From Rhynchopus sp. YZ270_cl-10 (Eukaryota), in NCBI GenBank assembly GCA_964035575.1, contig OZ037836.1:868001-932000 (forward strand): 64,000 nt of DNA, in the 5' to 3' direction. Both the position numbers and the translations under genes were made by a program. Numbering within the stretch: the stretch's first letter is position 1; the number at the start of each line of letters is the position of its first letter. Below the pieces are notes generated by a model. That model was not told the DNA's origin and did not search any database. It saw only the letters and a list, made by a program, of their open reading frames with translations. Of this stretch, positions 22,921 through 35,010 are shown piece by piece.

Positions 22921-24354
22921 TAGGGGGCGCAGTGAGACCCTTTTTTCTGTCACACCCCCCAAAAAATCATAAAAAAATGCAAAAAAATCATTCCAAAACA
23001 CAGAACCACCCCAGAAAACACATTTCTGGGGCTATTCCTTACTATTTGATGCCTTTTTGGCACTTTTTGGCACTTTTGGGAACTTTTTTTGACACTTTTT
23101 GTAGCGTTTTCACCCCATTTTCACCGTTTTCTAAGGGGGTTTGATACAGGGCGATTTATCAAAAAATTCAATTTTTTTCACTAGTCCAAAACAAGAGGAA
23201 AAGAGGTTTTTTCCACTCAGATGTGTCCACAGAGCGATTTCTGGGGGGTTTTGGGGCCAAAAGTCTATTTTTTTGTACACCTTTGCTGAAAATTTTGAAT
23301 TTTTTTTTTTGCCGTAAAAACCACATTTTAGCCGGGATGAGGAAGTGTGACATAAGTGTGACATTGGAGGGGGGCATCTCATAGCCCAGAAAAAAGCGTT
23401 TTTTTAACTTGGAAGTAGGGTTTTCTGCCTATTTGGGTGTCCCCGCATCCATTCCGAGCCGAATTCTGGCCTTCTGTGACTTTTTCGGCGGCCCTTTTGG
23501 GGTCGGCATTTGGGAATCATCCCAAGAACACCCCAAAGAACAGGTATTTTTAGGGTAAAATGAGTATTTTTTTTGAAAAAAAAAATATTTCTGGGGCCGA
23601 AAATGAGTGCCAAAACCATGTTTTCCCACCCCCGGACCTCACCCAAATATGATGGGAGTGGTTTTCGGGGCTTTACAGGTGCTCCGTGGAACCAGAAATA
23701 GTGATTTAGGAAGTGTGACAGAAGTGTGACAAGAAGTGTGACAGAAGTGTGACATCGGAGAAATTTGGATCTGGGGTCACCAAAATGGGCAAAAACCAGC
23801 TGAAAACAGTCTATTCCACCCCCAGTGGGGTCCGGCAATCATTTTCGAGTGGTTTTGGGGACTGATGTGGACCTGTGGACAATTTTTTTGGGGTTTTAAT
23901 GTGTGTAAACATGCTAAGAAGTGAGGGAAATGCTGCTTTTTTAGGCGTTTCAGACACTGCAGAATACATCTGGGGCCCACACAGGACCCCTAAAAGCTGC
24001 AAAAACCATACATTTCCACCCTGGGACCCCACCGGATGTGGACCGAGGTGTTTTTCGGGTGTTTAGAAGGCATAATGTCTCCTTAGAATTTTTTTTTGAA
24101 AAGTGTTGAAAATTGACCCAAAAGCGTTACACAAGCGTTACACATTTTTGGCCATTTTTTCACAAAAAACCAATTTTTTTTAATCAGGAAAGTATCTATA
24201 GAGGTCGTCAGGTGGTTTAATGGGATCTTTGGGTGATCCCCAGGGCGATTTGCGGCCAGGTACGACCTTTTTAGTGGGTTTCTTCACCTAAATTTCAAAA
24301 AAATGGGTTTGTGACAGTATTTGTACAGGGATTTAGACACCACTGCTCCCCCTA
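22921..24354. mobile_element. non-autonomous TIR element (hAT-like TAGGG ends)
   Basis: TIR TAGGGGGCGCAGTG versus TAGGGGGAGCAGTG (reverse complement). Flanked by A(C)8TC and A(C)9TC, a TSD-like repeat with homopolymer slippage. Internal AAGTGTGACA repeats. Confidence 0.7.
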
Positions 24355-24521
24355 ACCCCCCCCCTCCCAAGACCCCTACTCCAGTTCTACTATAAACCCC
24401 GCTAATTTAGTAAACAAAAAAAACACCCCCTCCCCAATCAAAAACACACAATATAAGACATCAACGTCCCCCCCTCCCCACTACCCCTTCCTGCATGCCC
24501 CCCCCTCCCTCCCTCCCTCCC

Positions 24522-25310
24522 TCACGCAGAGGATGTACGAACCTCTGGGCCCGCACTCTTCCCATCCCCAGAACCTTCGCGCACCTGTCGCCATTGTGCT
24601 ATGAGGAAGGGGTGATGCTCCTTTGTGGTGTCGGAGAGCAGCGTGCGCACATGGTCACGCACAGCAGCTTCTGCCTCGGAAGGCGTTGGTGCGGCGAAGG
24701 AGCCACACACGACAACCCGATGCCTTCCTGCGTATCCTTCCAGCGAATCCGTTGCAAACACCCCGACGACGAAATCCTCGTGATTTACCTCTGACACAAG
24801 AAGCTTGTTGTGCCCCTCAGGGGGGACCAACACTTCTGGACGGTGTGCATACGTTAGCCTCTCTATCCTTCGTCGTAAATGCGCGATCTCAGCTGCTTTC
24901 ATCTCACCTTCGAGTCTACCACGTGGCTTCAGTGTAAAGGAGTTTTTAGGGTATGTCCGGTCGTGGTGTTTCGCTATGGTGGTCACGATGTAGTCACCGG
25001 AAATGTCATACAGATCCATGACGAAGTGGTCCGTATCCACCCGTGTGACTTCTTCATCGAGTCGGTTGCGGACCGGATGGCCAGCTTTGGATAATTTCTT
25101 AATATGATGCATGAGTTCTGTTCGCAGCTCCGACGCCGGCCCGCTGTAGCCACCCCATCGTCGGACCTTCTCGTCAGGCAGAAGCCCGCCCTTCTGCAAT
25201 GCCAGCCTCACCGCGGCGTTCTTGTCGTCCGCAGTGCACACGAAGACCACCTGGTTCGCAGCATTCGTGACCTCGTACACAGAGGTTGTGATTTGCTTAA
25301 AGCGGTGCAT
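24522..25310 (-). CDS. hypothetical protein (~262 aa)
   Basis: Long GC-rich ORF from the first ATG (MHRFKQ), co-directional with its neighbours. No family recognised. Confidence 0.65.
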   Translation of the reverse strand: MHRFKQITTSVYEVTNAANQVVFVCTADDKNAAVRLALQKGGLLPDEKVRRWGGYSGPASELRTELMHHIKKLSKAGHPVRNRLDEEVTRVDTDHFVMDLYDISGDYIVTTIAKHHDRTYPKNSFTLKPRGRLEGEMKAAEIAHLRRRIERLTYAHRPEVLVPPEGHNKLLVSEVNHEDFVVGVFATDSLEGYAGRHRVVVCGSFAAPTPSEAEAAVRDHVRTLLSDTTKEHHPFLIAQWRQVREGSGDGKSAGPEVRTSSA

Positions 25311-25481
25311 AAGATCGAGAAAACAAATCAATGTGTGTGAGTTGTCCTGTGGTTTACGTAGCGGGTAGAGGAGGGGAGAGGGAGGGTGTGGAGGAGGTGC
25401 GACAAAAAATTGAAACCGCTGCTTTTCCGTCTACCAAGAAAACAGTGAAAGACTACGTGGTGTCAGTTTCAGAGTCATGAA

Positions 25482-26256
25482 CAAGCATGTTCCCAGATCA
25501 CGTGATTTTGACCAAAATTTTGGGGTCCAGATCACGAAAAAAAAAAGGGGTATGGGGTGCGTTTTTGGGCGTTTTTGTCGATCGCATCGTCCGATTCGGT
25601 GCGATTGCAGAAAGTGATGGGGTCATTTTGGAAAAATGGACAAAATTTTATTGACTTAAATTTTTGCAAAATATGAACCCATACTCGTAAACAAGGGTCA
25701 TTTTCAGGTTTGAAAACCCAACTTCAGATGAAATTGTGGTGTTTTGAGTGGGAACACAGTAGCGCCGCAGGCGCACGGTACCCAACTTTTGTCTTTTTTC
25801 TTTTTCCCTTTTCTCTGCTTTCTTTTGATTGTGCGAGCCGATTGCTCTCCACGGTGGGGTCACATGTGTGTGCAAAAACACTCTGAAGTACCCTTACTAT
25901 GAAATATGAGATTCTCTGGTTTTAGTAAGGAAAAACCCAAGCAAAATCGTCAAAAATCTACGATAGTCGGTAGGCGCGTAGCGCGACCCCCGTGCGCACC
26001 CCACTTTTTTTTTTTTTGTTTTTCCCGGAAAAGTACCGCAATTGACGGATCGCGATCCGTGCGAACCGTGGTGGTGACTCATCTGAAAAAATATTGAGTA
26101 GAACAGCTGCAGATCGTGTGCGAGCACTTCTTTTTTTTTTTTTTTTTTTGAAAACTTGGTTGTATTAGTGTAGCCACCCTAGAGTGTGCTCCACTATTTT
26201 TTTTTTTCCAAAATTCCTGAAAACCAGATCATGATCACGATCTGGGAAAAAGCTTG
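25482..26256. mobile_element. hAT-like MITE (775 bp) in the 3' flank of UBL-LRR copy 2
   Basis: 8-bp TSD GTCATGAA at 25474-25481 and 26257-26264. TIR CAAGC..TTCCCAGATC..GTGAT. Paralogous flanks (e.g. ~30910 GAGTCATGACTCACAG) show the empty site. Confidence 0.9.
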
Positions 26257-26549
26257 GTCATGAATCAGAGAAAAAAAAAGGGGGGTTGGGCGGGAGGGGA
26301 GGGGAGGTACGTTGTAATGAATAAGACAATAGGTTTTTGTGGGGATTCTTTTGCAGCAAAGAGTAAAATAACACAATGTGTGGAACGTCTTGCTCAGCAC
26401 AGCTCTTCTCTCGCACCAAGTAGTAGTCTGTGCCACGGTGAGCAAGACTGTGCCCCTCTTCTTCTCCGAACCAGAGGACGCAAGCAGACATACTGCCAGA
26501 GACCCTCCACCTCGGGGAGGTGCTGCCCTCCCACCAACACACCACGTCG

Positions 26550-27539
26550 TCATTGTGCGTGTCTCTGTCGCTTCTGGCTTTGCTCGGGGGATTCGTCTCT
26601 GCTTCGTTTCGGACGTGCTTCAACCACAAGCTTACTCAGCTTGCCGTTCCTCACTTCGTTGGACACAACACTGCTGCAGCCGGAAAGGTAAATGCTCGTC
26701 AACGAAGTGCAGCTTCCAGCAAATTCCGTAGTACAAGTAAAAGGATACACACGAATAAACGTCACGTTCCTGAGTGCTGATAAATCGATGATGGTTAAGC
26801 TGCTGCAGTTCGCAAGGAAGCCCGCACCCACCTGCGTCACGTTGCTGAGTGGCGACAAATCAAAGGTTGTTAAGTTCTTGCAGCTCGCAAGGAAATACGC
26901 ACCAACCTGCGTCACATTGCTGAGTGGTGATAACCCGATGGTAGTTAAGCTCGTGCAGCCGCAAAGAAAGTAGTCATTAATCTGCGTCACGTTCCTGAGA
27001 GGAGATAAATCAAGTGTCGCTAAGTTGCTGCACTTCACAAGGAAGGCCTCACCAACCTGCGTCACATTGCTCAACCCAGAGATGTCGATACTTGTCACCG
27101 AGGTGCAGCCTGCCAGGAACCAGTCTCCAATGTGAGTCACAATGGACTCAGCACTGAGATCAAGTCTCGTCAACGAAGTGCGTGACAAGAAGTAATTCGG
27201 AATGACAGTCGCAACCTCCGCCTGCAGAAGCAAACACGCCACCTCAGGATCCTTCACACTCTCCAACTTCTCGGCTGTGATGTCGGTCTCACCCAACGCA
27301 TGGAGCTCTGCAATGGCTTCTTGCTTCTGCGTTTTCGTGAGGATGATTGTGTCACCAGCACTCAGCTGCGTCATGTCCGCTCCTTCTCCCATCGCTTCGT
27401 CTCCGAAACTCATGCAAAAGCCGTCTTCAGGCAACCCCATTGCAGACGCCACCTTCCGCCGCAAGTCCTCCACTGTGTCATCTTCACCCACCTCGACTGT
27501 GTGCTGATTCGTGTCGAAACCCTTGATGTTCAGGTCCAT
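26550..27539 (-). CDS. UBL-LRR-NLS family protein, copy 2 (329 aa, 5 internal LRRs)
   Basis: Intact ORF with the same architecture as copy 1. Confidence 0.9.
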   Translation of the reverse strand: MDLNIKGFDTNQHTVEVGEDDTVEDLRRKVASAMGLPEDGFCMSFGDEAMGEGADMTQLSAGDTIILTKTQKQEAIAELHALGETDITAEKLESVKDPEVACLLLQAEVATVIPNYFLSRTSLTRLDLSAESIVTHIGDWFLAGCTSVTSIDISGLSNVTQVGEAFLVKCSNLATLDLSPLRNVTQINDYFLCGCTSLTTIGLSPLSNVTQVGAYFLASCKNLTTFDLSPLSNVTQVGAGFLANCSSLTIIDLSALRNVTFIRVYPFTCTTEFAGSCTSLTSIYLSGCSSVVSNEVRNGKLSKLVVEARPKRSRDESPEQSQKRQRHAQ

Positions 27540-28594
27540 GTCTTTGTTGTGGTTTTGTGTTCTGATCTCTGTGTGTGGTGGTGGGGTGTGGAGGACAAGC
27601 CTGCAGTCCTTTCAAGAACCTTTCCAAAAAACTGTCTGGAGAAGGGCCCTCTCTCTCCCCGACCCACAACCCACAACCCCCGACTTCAGATCTCTCTCCT
27701 CTCCACCCCCTCTCCCTGAACCAGCGCCCTTCACAGACGTTCCCTCCTCACGAAAGCAAACCCACCTTCCCCCACGCACCGTCACCAGCCCCGTTCTGCA
27801 CATCAAAATCCGCGCAGTCTCCGGGATTGAACAGGACATGCACTTCAAAAGCACATTGCCCTGAACACCCAGGAGAGGCACTACTAACTCAACCCCAAGA
27901 CTCCCGAAGCAGACAGTTTGACCGTACCTTAGAGTCCCCGTCTACCAGAGCCGTTGAGGTTCAAGAGGACCCACCCAAGCAGTCCGTAAAGACCCGCAGG
28001 ACAAAGGAGGGGATTGTTGGGGAACGTCATGTTCCCGAATCTGCGTTTTCGCAATTTGTTTTTAGGAACGTACGATGTAGTGTTCGAGAGTGGCAGTGAA
28101 AAAGAGGATTGCACGACGGTAGCGACACCGGACCGGGGCCACGTGAGGAGGAGATGGCAGATGGGAAGCAGGGTCTTTGCGTTTATTGGTTAGAAATGGG
28201 GTGGGGGAGAGTAAGAGGGCGGTGGCTTTAAGTAAGCACGTTGGCAGAGGAGGTATACAGAGCTCGTCGCGATACGCCAGCATGCGTGCAGGTGCCGTGT
28301 CCTGTGGGGAAGCCGACAAAGCTCTCAGCAATATGTGATGCAAGCCCACCCAATCCGTACCGTCACGCTGCCGAAGTCGAGCTGTGCGTTTGAATCATGA
28401 AAATGAAAGTGAAAGCACGTGATCAGTGCATCAGAGCACACAACGGAGCCCACTACACCTCACACCTCTTCGTGCAAGCTACCAAGAAGACACGTGGTGT
28501 CGGTTTCAGAGTTATGACTCACAGAAAAAAAAGGGGGGTTGGGAAGGGAAGGGAGGTACGTTGTGTGCTGCCCTGCCACCAACACACCACGTCG

Positions 28595-29529
28595 TCATTG
28601 TGCGTGTCTCTGTCGCTTCTGGCTTTGCTCGGGGTATTCGTCTCTGCTTCGTTTCGGACGTGCTTCAACCACAAGCTTACTCAGCTTCTTGCCGTTCCTC
28701 ACTTCGTTGGACACAACACTGCTGCAGCCGGAAAGGTAAATACTCGACAACAAAGTGCAGCGCGTAGCAAAATGCGTACTACGAGTATAAGTATTCAAAC
28801 CAATCGACGTCACGTTGCTGAGTGATGATAAAACTAGGGTTGTTAAGCTGCTGCAGTTCTGAAGGAAGCCTGCACCAACCTGCGTCACATTGCTGAGTGG
28901 CGACAAATCCAAGGTCGTTAAGTTCTTGCAGTTCGCAAGGAAATACGCACCAACCTGCGTCACATTGCTGTGTGGAGATAACTCGATGGTGCTTAAGCTC
29001 TTGCAGCCGTAAAGAAAGTTGTCATTAATCTGCGTCACGTTCCTGAGCGGTGAATACAGTGTCGCTAAGTTGCTGCACTCCTCAAGGAAGCACGAACCAA
29101 CCTTCGTCAAATTGCTCAAGTCACAATGGACTCAGCACTGAGATCAAGTCTCGTCAACGAAGTGTGTGCCAAGAACCAATGCGGAATGACAGTCGCAACC
29201 TCCGCCTGCAGAAGCAAACGCGCCACCTCGGGATCCTTCACACTCTCCAACTTCTCGGCTGTGATGTCGGTCACACCCAACGCATGAAGCTCTGCAATGG
29301 CTTCGTACTTCTGCGACTTCGTCTTCGTGAGGATGATTGTGTCACCAGCACTCAGCTGCGTCATGTCCGCTCCTTCTCCCATCGCTTCGTCTCCGAAACT
29401 CATGCAAAAGCCGTCTTCAGGCAACCCCATTGCAGTCGCCACCTTCCGCCGCAAGTCCTCCACTGTGTCATCTTCACCCACCTCGACTGCGTGCTGATTC
29501 GTGTCGAAACCCTTGATGTTCAGGTCCAT
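28595..29529 (-). pseudogene. UBL-LRR copy 3, frameshifted
   Basis: Compared with copy 6 it lacks 61 bp at ~29119 (ATTGCTCAA joined directly to GTCACAATGG) plus 3 bp, which splits it into ORFs 29116-29529 and 28595-29119. Confidence 0.88.
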
Positions 29530-29654
29530 GTCTTTGTTGTGGTTTTGTGTTCTGATCTCTGTGTGTGGTGGTGGGGTGTGGAGGACAACAAGCCTGCAGT
29601 CCTTTTCAAGAACCTTCCCAAACTAAACTGTAGGAAGAAGGGCCCCTCTCCCCG

Positions 29655-29894
29655 ACCCACAACCCACAACCCACAACCCACAACCCACAACCCACAACCC
29701 ACAACCCACAACCCACAACCCACAACCCACAACCCACAACCCACAACCCACAACCCACAACCCACAACCCACAACCCACAACCCACAACCCACAACCCAC
29801 AACCCACAACCCACAACCCACAACCCACAACCCACAACCCACAACCCACAACCCACAACCCACAACCCACAACCCACAACCCACAACCCACAAC
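29655..29894. repeat. (ACCCACA)n / (GGGTTGT)n heptamer tract, ~34 units
   Basis: Perfect tandem about 125 bp upstream of the copy 3 ATG. Confidence 0.95.
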
Positions 29895-30182
29895 TTCAGA
29901 TCTCTCTCCTCTCCACCCCGTCTACCAGATCACGGTTGAGGTTCCAGAGGACCCACCCAAGCCGTCTGTAAAGACCCGCAGGACGAAGGAGGGCGCTGTT
30001 GGGGAACGTCACGTTCCCGAACCTGCGTTTTCGCAATTTGTTTTTAGGAACGCACGATGTAGTGTTCGAGAGTGACAGTGAAAAAGAGGATTGCACGACG
30101 GTAGCGTTGTCGGGGGTGCGACACCGGACCGGGGACACGTGAGGAGGAGATGGCAGATGGGAGCAGGGTCTTTGCGTTTAAT

Positions 30183-30580
30183 TAGGGGAGCCTATGCACC
30201 GGCTATTCCTTCATTTGGCTCGGAAAATTTGGCGCCTTTCGGCAAAAAAACCCAAAAATAGATGAAACTACCCTATATACCTCACCAAAAATCACTTTCC
30301 GCCGGGTTTCAGGCACTTTTGAGCCTTTTTTCTTCAAATTTTTTTTTGAAAAAAATCTGCAAAAAAACTGAAAATGGCAAAGACAAATCCAGTGTAAAAT
30401 GACAATTTTCAACAAAATGTGCGTTTAAATGAGTCAACGGGCAGCATTTTGTTTAAATTTTTGCTCATTTGAGTCCACAGAGTCCCAAAAAATGCATTGC
30501 CGGGGTCGTAGGTCAAAAAAGACTTAGAAATTTTAATTTAAAATCAAAAGGAGCCAAAATTACCGGTATAGGCTCCCCTA
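30183..30580. mobile_element. 398-bp MITE with 7-bp TSD
   Basis: GTTTAAT|TAGGGGAGCCTAT...ATAGGCTCCCCTA|GTTTAAT. The empty site CTTTGCGTTTAATGGTTAGAAAT is at ~37434. Confidence 0.92.
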
Positions 30581-31115
30581 GTTTAATGGTTAGAAATGGG
30601 GTGGGGGAGAGTAAGAGAGCGGTGGCTTTAAGTAAGCACGTTGGCAGAGGAGGTATACAGAGCTCGTCGCGATACGCCAGCATGCGTGCAGGTGCCGTGT
30701 CCTGTGGGGAAGCCGACAAAGCTCTCAGAAATATGCGATGTAAGCCCACCCAATCCGTACCGCCAGGCTGCCGAAGTCGAGCTGTGCGTTTGAATCATGA
30801 AAATGAAAGTGAAAGCACATCAGAGCACACAACGGAGCCCACTCGCCTCCGTCATTACACCTCACACCTCTTCGTGCAAGCTACCAAGAAGACAAGTGGT
30901 GTCGGTTTCAGAGTCATGACTCACAGAAAAAAGGGGGGTTGGGAAGGGAGGTACGTTGTAATGAATAAGACATGGGCTTTTGTGGGGATTCTTTTGCAGG
31001 ACAGAGTAAAATAACACAATGTGTGGACGTCTTGCTCAGCACAGCTCTCCTCTCGCACCAAGTAGTAGTCTGTGCCTCCGTCGCTTCTGGCTTTGCTCGG
31101 GGGATTCGTCTCTCT

Positions 31116-32057
31116 TCAGTTCGAACGTGCTTCAACCACAAGCTTCTTCAGCTTGCCGTGCCTCACTTCGTTGGACACAACACTGCTGCAGCCAGAAAGG
31201 TAAATGCTCGTCAACGAAGTGCAGTTCTCAGCAAATTGCGTACTGATAGAAGAAGCATGCGGATTCAAACGAATATGCGTCACCTTGCTGAGTGGTGATA
31301 AATCTAGGGTAGTTAATCTCCTGCAGTTCGCAAGGAAATATGCACCCACGTGCGTCACGTTGCTGAGTGGCGACAAATCTAAGGTTGTTAAGTTCTTGCA
31401 GCTCGCAAGGAAGCCCGCACCAACCTGCGTCACGTTGCTGAGTGGAGATAAATCGATGGTGGTTAAGCTCGTGCAGCCGTAAAGAAAGCTGGCATCAATC
31501 GACGTAACATTCCTGAGAGGAGATAAATCGAGGGTCGTTAAGCTGCTGCACTCTTGAAGGAAAAATGCACCCACCTGCGTCAAATTGCTCAACCCAGAGA
31601 TGTCGATACTTGTCAACGAGGTGCAGTGCATCAGGAAGCTGGGTCCAATGTGAGTCACAATGGACTCAGCACTGAGATCAAGTCTCGTCAACGAAGAGCT
31701 TGACAAGAACCCATTCGGAATGACAGTCGCAACCTCCGCCTGCAGAAGCAAACACGCCACCTCAGGATCCTTCACACTCTCCAACTTCTCGGCTGTGATG
31801 TCGGTCTCACCCAACGCATGAAGCTCTGCAATGGCTTCTTGCTTCTGCGTTTTCGTGAGGATGATTGTGTCACCAGCACTCAGCTGCGTCATGTCCGCTC
31901 CTTCTCCCATCGCTTCGTCTCCGAAACTCATGCAAAAGCCGTCTTCAGGCAACCCCATTGCAGACGCCACCTTCCGCCGCAAGTCCTCCACTGTGTCATC
32001 TTCACCCACCTCGACTGTGTGCTGATTCGTGTCGAAACCCTTGATGTTCAGGTCCAT
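31116..32057 (-). CDS. UBL-LRR copy 4 (313 aa, NLS tail lost)
   Basis: Intact through the LRRs and ends EARSN* at a TGA replacing the CGA codon of RPKR. Confidence 0.85.
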   Translation of the reverse strand: MDLNIKGFDTNQHTVEVGEDDTVEDLRRKVASAMGLPEDGFCMSFGDEAMGEGADMTQLSAGDTIILTKTQKQEAIAELHALGETDITAEKLESVKDPEVACLLLQAEVATVIPNGFLSSSSLTRLDLSAESIVTHIGPSFLMHCTSLTSIDISGLSNLTQVGAFFLQECSSLTTLDLSPLRNVTSIDASFLYGCTSLTTIDLSPLSNVTQVGAGFLASCKNLTTLDLSPLSNVTHVGAYFLANCRRLTTLDLSPLSKVTHIRLNPHASSISTQFAENCTSLTSIYLSGCSSVVSNEVRHGKLKKLVVEARSN

Positions 32058-33339
32058 GTCTTTGTTGTGGTTTTGTGTTCTGATCTCTGTGTGTGGTGGT
32101 GGGGTGTGGAGGACAACAAGCCTGCGGTCCTTTTCAAGAACCTTTCCAAAAAACTGTCTGGAGAAGGGCCCCTCTCCCCGACCCACAACCCACAACCCCC
32201 GACTTCAGATCTCTCACCTCTCCACCCCCTCTCCCTGAACCCGCGCCCTTCACAGACGTTCCCTCCTCACGAAAGCAAACCCACCTTCCCCTGACCCATG
32301 CACCGTCACCTGCCCCATTCTGCACATCAAAACCCGCACAGCCTCCACGATTGAACAGGACATGCACTTCAAAAGCACATTGCCCTGAACACCCATAGGA
32401 GAGGCACTACTAACTCAACCCCAAGACTCCCGAAGCAGACAGTTTGACCGTACCTTGGAGTACCCGTCTACCAGATCACGGTTGAGGTTCCAGAGGACCC
32501 ACCCAAGCCGTCCGTAAAGACCCGCAGGACAAAGGAGGGGATTGTTGGGGAACGTCACGTTCCCGAACCTGCGTTTTCGCAATTTGTTTTTAGGAACGCA
32601 CGATGTAGTGTTCGAGAGTGACAGTGAAAATGAGGATTGCACGACGGTAGTTTAGTCGGGAGTGCGACACCGGACCGGGGACACGTGAGGAGGAGATGGC
32701 AGATGGGAAGCAGGGTCTTTGCGTTTAATGGATAGAAATGGGGTGGGGGAGAGTAAGAGAGCGGTGGCTTTTAGTAAGCACGTTGGCAGAGGAGGTATAC
32801 AGAGCTCGTCGCGATACGCCAGCATGCGTGCAGGTGCCGTGTCCTGTGGGGAAGCCGCCAAAGCTCTCAGCAATATGTGATGCAAGCCCACCCAATCCGT
32901 ACCGTCACGCTGCCGAGTCGAGCTGTGCGTTTGAATCATGAAAACGAAAGTGAAAGCACGTGATCAGTGCATCAGAGCACACAACGGAGCCCACTCTCCT
33001 CCGTCATTACACCTCACACCTCTTCGTGCAAAGCTACCGAGAAGACACGTGGTGTCGGTTTCAGAGTTATGACTCAAAAAAGGGGGGTTGGGCGGGGAGG
33101 TACGTTGTGATGAATAAGACAATAGGTTTTTGTGGGGATTCTTTTGCAGGACAGAGTAACATAACACAATGTGTGGAACGTCTTGCTCAGCACAGCTCTC
33201 CTCTCGCACCAAGTAGTAGTCTGTGCCACGGTGAGCAAGACTGTGGCCCTCTTCTTCTCCGAACCAGAGGACGCAAGCAGACATACTGCCAGAGACCCTC
33301 CACCTCGGGGAGCTGCCCTGCCACCAACACACCACGTCG

Positions 33340-34338
33340 TCATTGTGCGTGTCTCTGTCGCTTCTGGCTTTTCTCGGGGGATTCGTCTCTGCTTCGTTTC
33401 GGACGTGCTTCAACCACAAGCTTACTCAGCTTCTTGTCCTTCCTCACTTCGTTGGACACAACACTGCTGCAGCCGGAAAGGTAAATGCTCGTCAACGACG
33501 TGCACCTTACAACAAATTCCGGAGTGATAGTAAAAGGATGCACACGAATAGACGTCACATTGCTGAGTGGTGATAAAACTAGGGTGGTTAAGCTGCTGCA
33601 GTTCTGAAGGAAGCCTGCACCAACCTGCGTCACCTTGCTGAGTGGCGACAAATCTAAGGTTGTTAAGTTCTTGCAGCTCGCAAGGAAATACGCACCAACC
33701 TGCGTCACATTGCTGAGTGGTGATAACCCGATGGTGGTTAAGCTCGTGCAGCCGGCAAGAAAGTAGTCATTAATCTGCGTCACGTTCCTGAGAGGAGATA
33801 AATCAAGTGTCGCTAAGTGGCTGCACTCCACAAGGAAGGCCTCACCAACCTGCGTCACATTGCTCAACCCAGAGATGTCGATACTTGTCACCGAGGTGCA
33901 GTTGTGCAGGAACCAGTCTCCAATGTGAGTCACAATGGACTCAGCACTGAGATCAAGTCTCGTCAACGAAGTGCGTGACAAGAAGTAATTCGGAATGACA
34001 GTCGCAACCTCCGCCTGCAGAAGCAAACACGCCACCTCAGGATCCTTCACACTCTTCAACTTCTCGGCTGTGATGTCGGTCACACCCAACGCATGAAGCT
34101 TTGCAATGGCTTCGTACTTCTGCGACTTCGTCTTCGTGAGGATGATTGTGTCACCAGCACTCAGCTGCGTCATGTCCGATCCTGCTCCCATCGCTTCGTC
34201 TCCGAAACTCATGCAAAAGCCGTCTTCAGGCAACCCCATTGCAGTCGTCACCTTCCGCCGCAAGCCCTCCACTGTGTCATCTTCACCCACCTCGACTGTG
34301 TGCTGATTCGTGTCGAAACCCTTGATGTTCAGGTCCAT
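33340..34338 (-). CDS. UBL-LRR-NLS copy 5 (332 aa)
   Basis: Intact from MDLNIK. The upstream ORF extension in the track is heptamer repeat. Confidence 0.88.
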   Translation of the reverse strand: MDLNIKGFDTNQHTVEVGEDDTVEGLRRKVTTAMGLPEDGFCMSFGDEAMGAGSDMTQLSAGDTIILTKTKSQKYEAIAKLHALGVTDITAEKLKSVKDPEVACLLLQAEVATVIPNYFLSRTSLTRLDLSAESIVTHIGDWFLHNCTSVTSIDISGLSNVTQVGEAFLVECSHLATLDLSPLRNVTQINDYFLAGCTSLTTIGLSPLSNVTQVGAYFLASCKNLTTLDLSPLSKVTQVGAGFLQNCSSLTTLVLSPLSNVTSIRVHPFTITPEFVVRCTSLTSIYLSGCSSVVSNEVRKDKKLSKLVVEARPKRSRDESPEKSQKRQRHAQ

Positions 34339-34461
34339 GTCTTTGTTGTGGTTTTGTGTTCTGATCTCTGTGTGTGGTGGTGGGGTGTGGAGGACAACAA
34401 GCCTGCGGTCCTTTTCAAGAACCTTTCCAAAAAACTGTCTGGAGAAGGGCCCCTCTCCCCG

Positions 34462-34722
34462 ACCCACAACCCACAACCCACAACCCACAACCCACAACCC
34501 ACAACCCACAACCCACAACCCACAACCCACAACCCACAACCCACAACCCACAACCCACAACCCACAACCCACAACCCACAACCCACAACCCACAACCCAC
34601 AACCCACAACCCACAACCCACAACCCACAACCCACAACCCACAACCCACAACCCACAACCCACAACCCACAACCCACAACCCACAACCCACAACCCACAA
34701 CCCACAACCCACAACCCACAAC
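34462..34722. repeat. (GGGTTGT)n heptamer tract, ~37 units
   Basis: Perfect tandem upstream of copy 5. Confidence 0.95.
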
Positions 34723-35010
34723 TTCAGATCTCTCTCCTCTCCACCCCGTCTACCAGATCACGGTTGAGGTTCCAGAGGACCCACCCAAGCCGTCCGTAAA
34801 GACCCGCAGGACGAAGGAGGGCGCTGTTGGGGAACGTCACGTTCCGGAACCTGCGTTTTCGCAATTTGTTTTTAGGAACGCACGATGTAGTGTTCGAGAG
34901 TGACAGTGAAAAAGAGGATTGCACGACGGTAGCGTTGTCGGGGGTGCGACACCGGACCGGGGACACGTGAGGAGGAGATGGCAGATGGGAGCAGGGTCTT
35001 TGCGTTTAAT

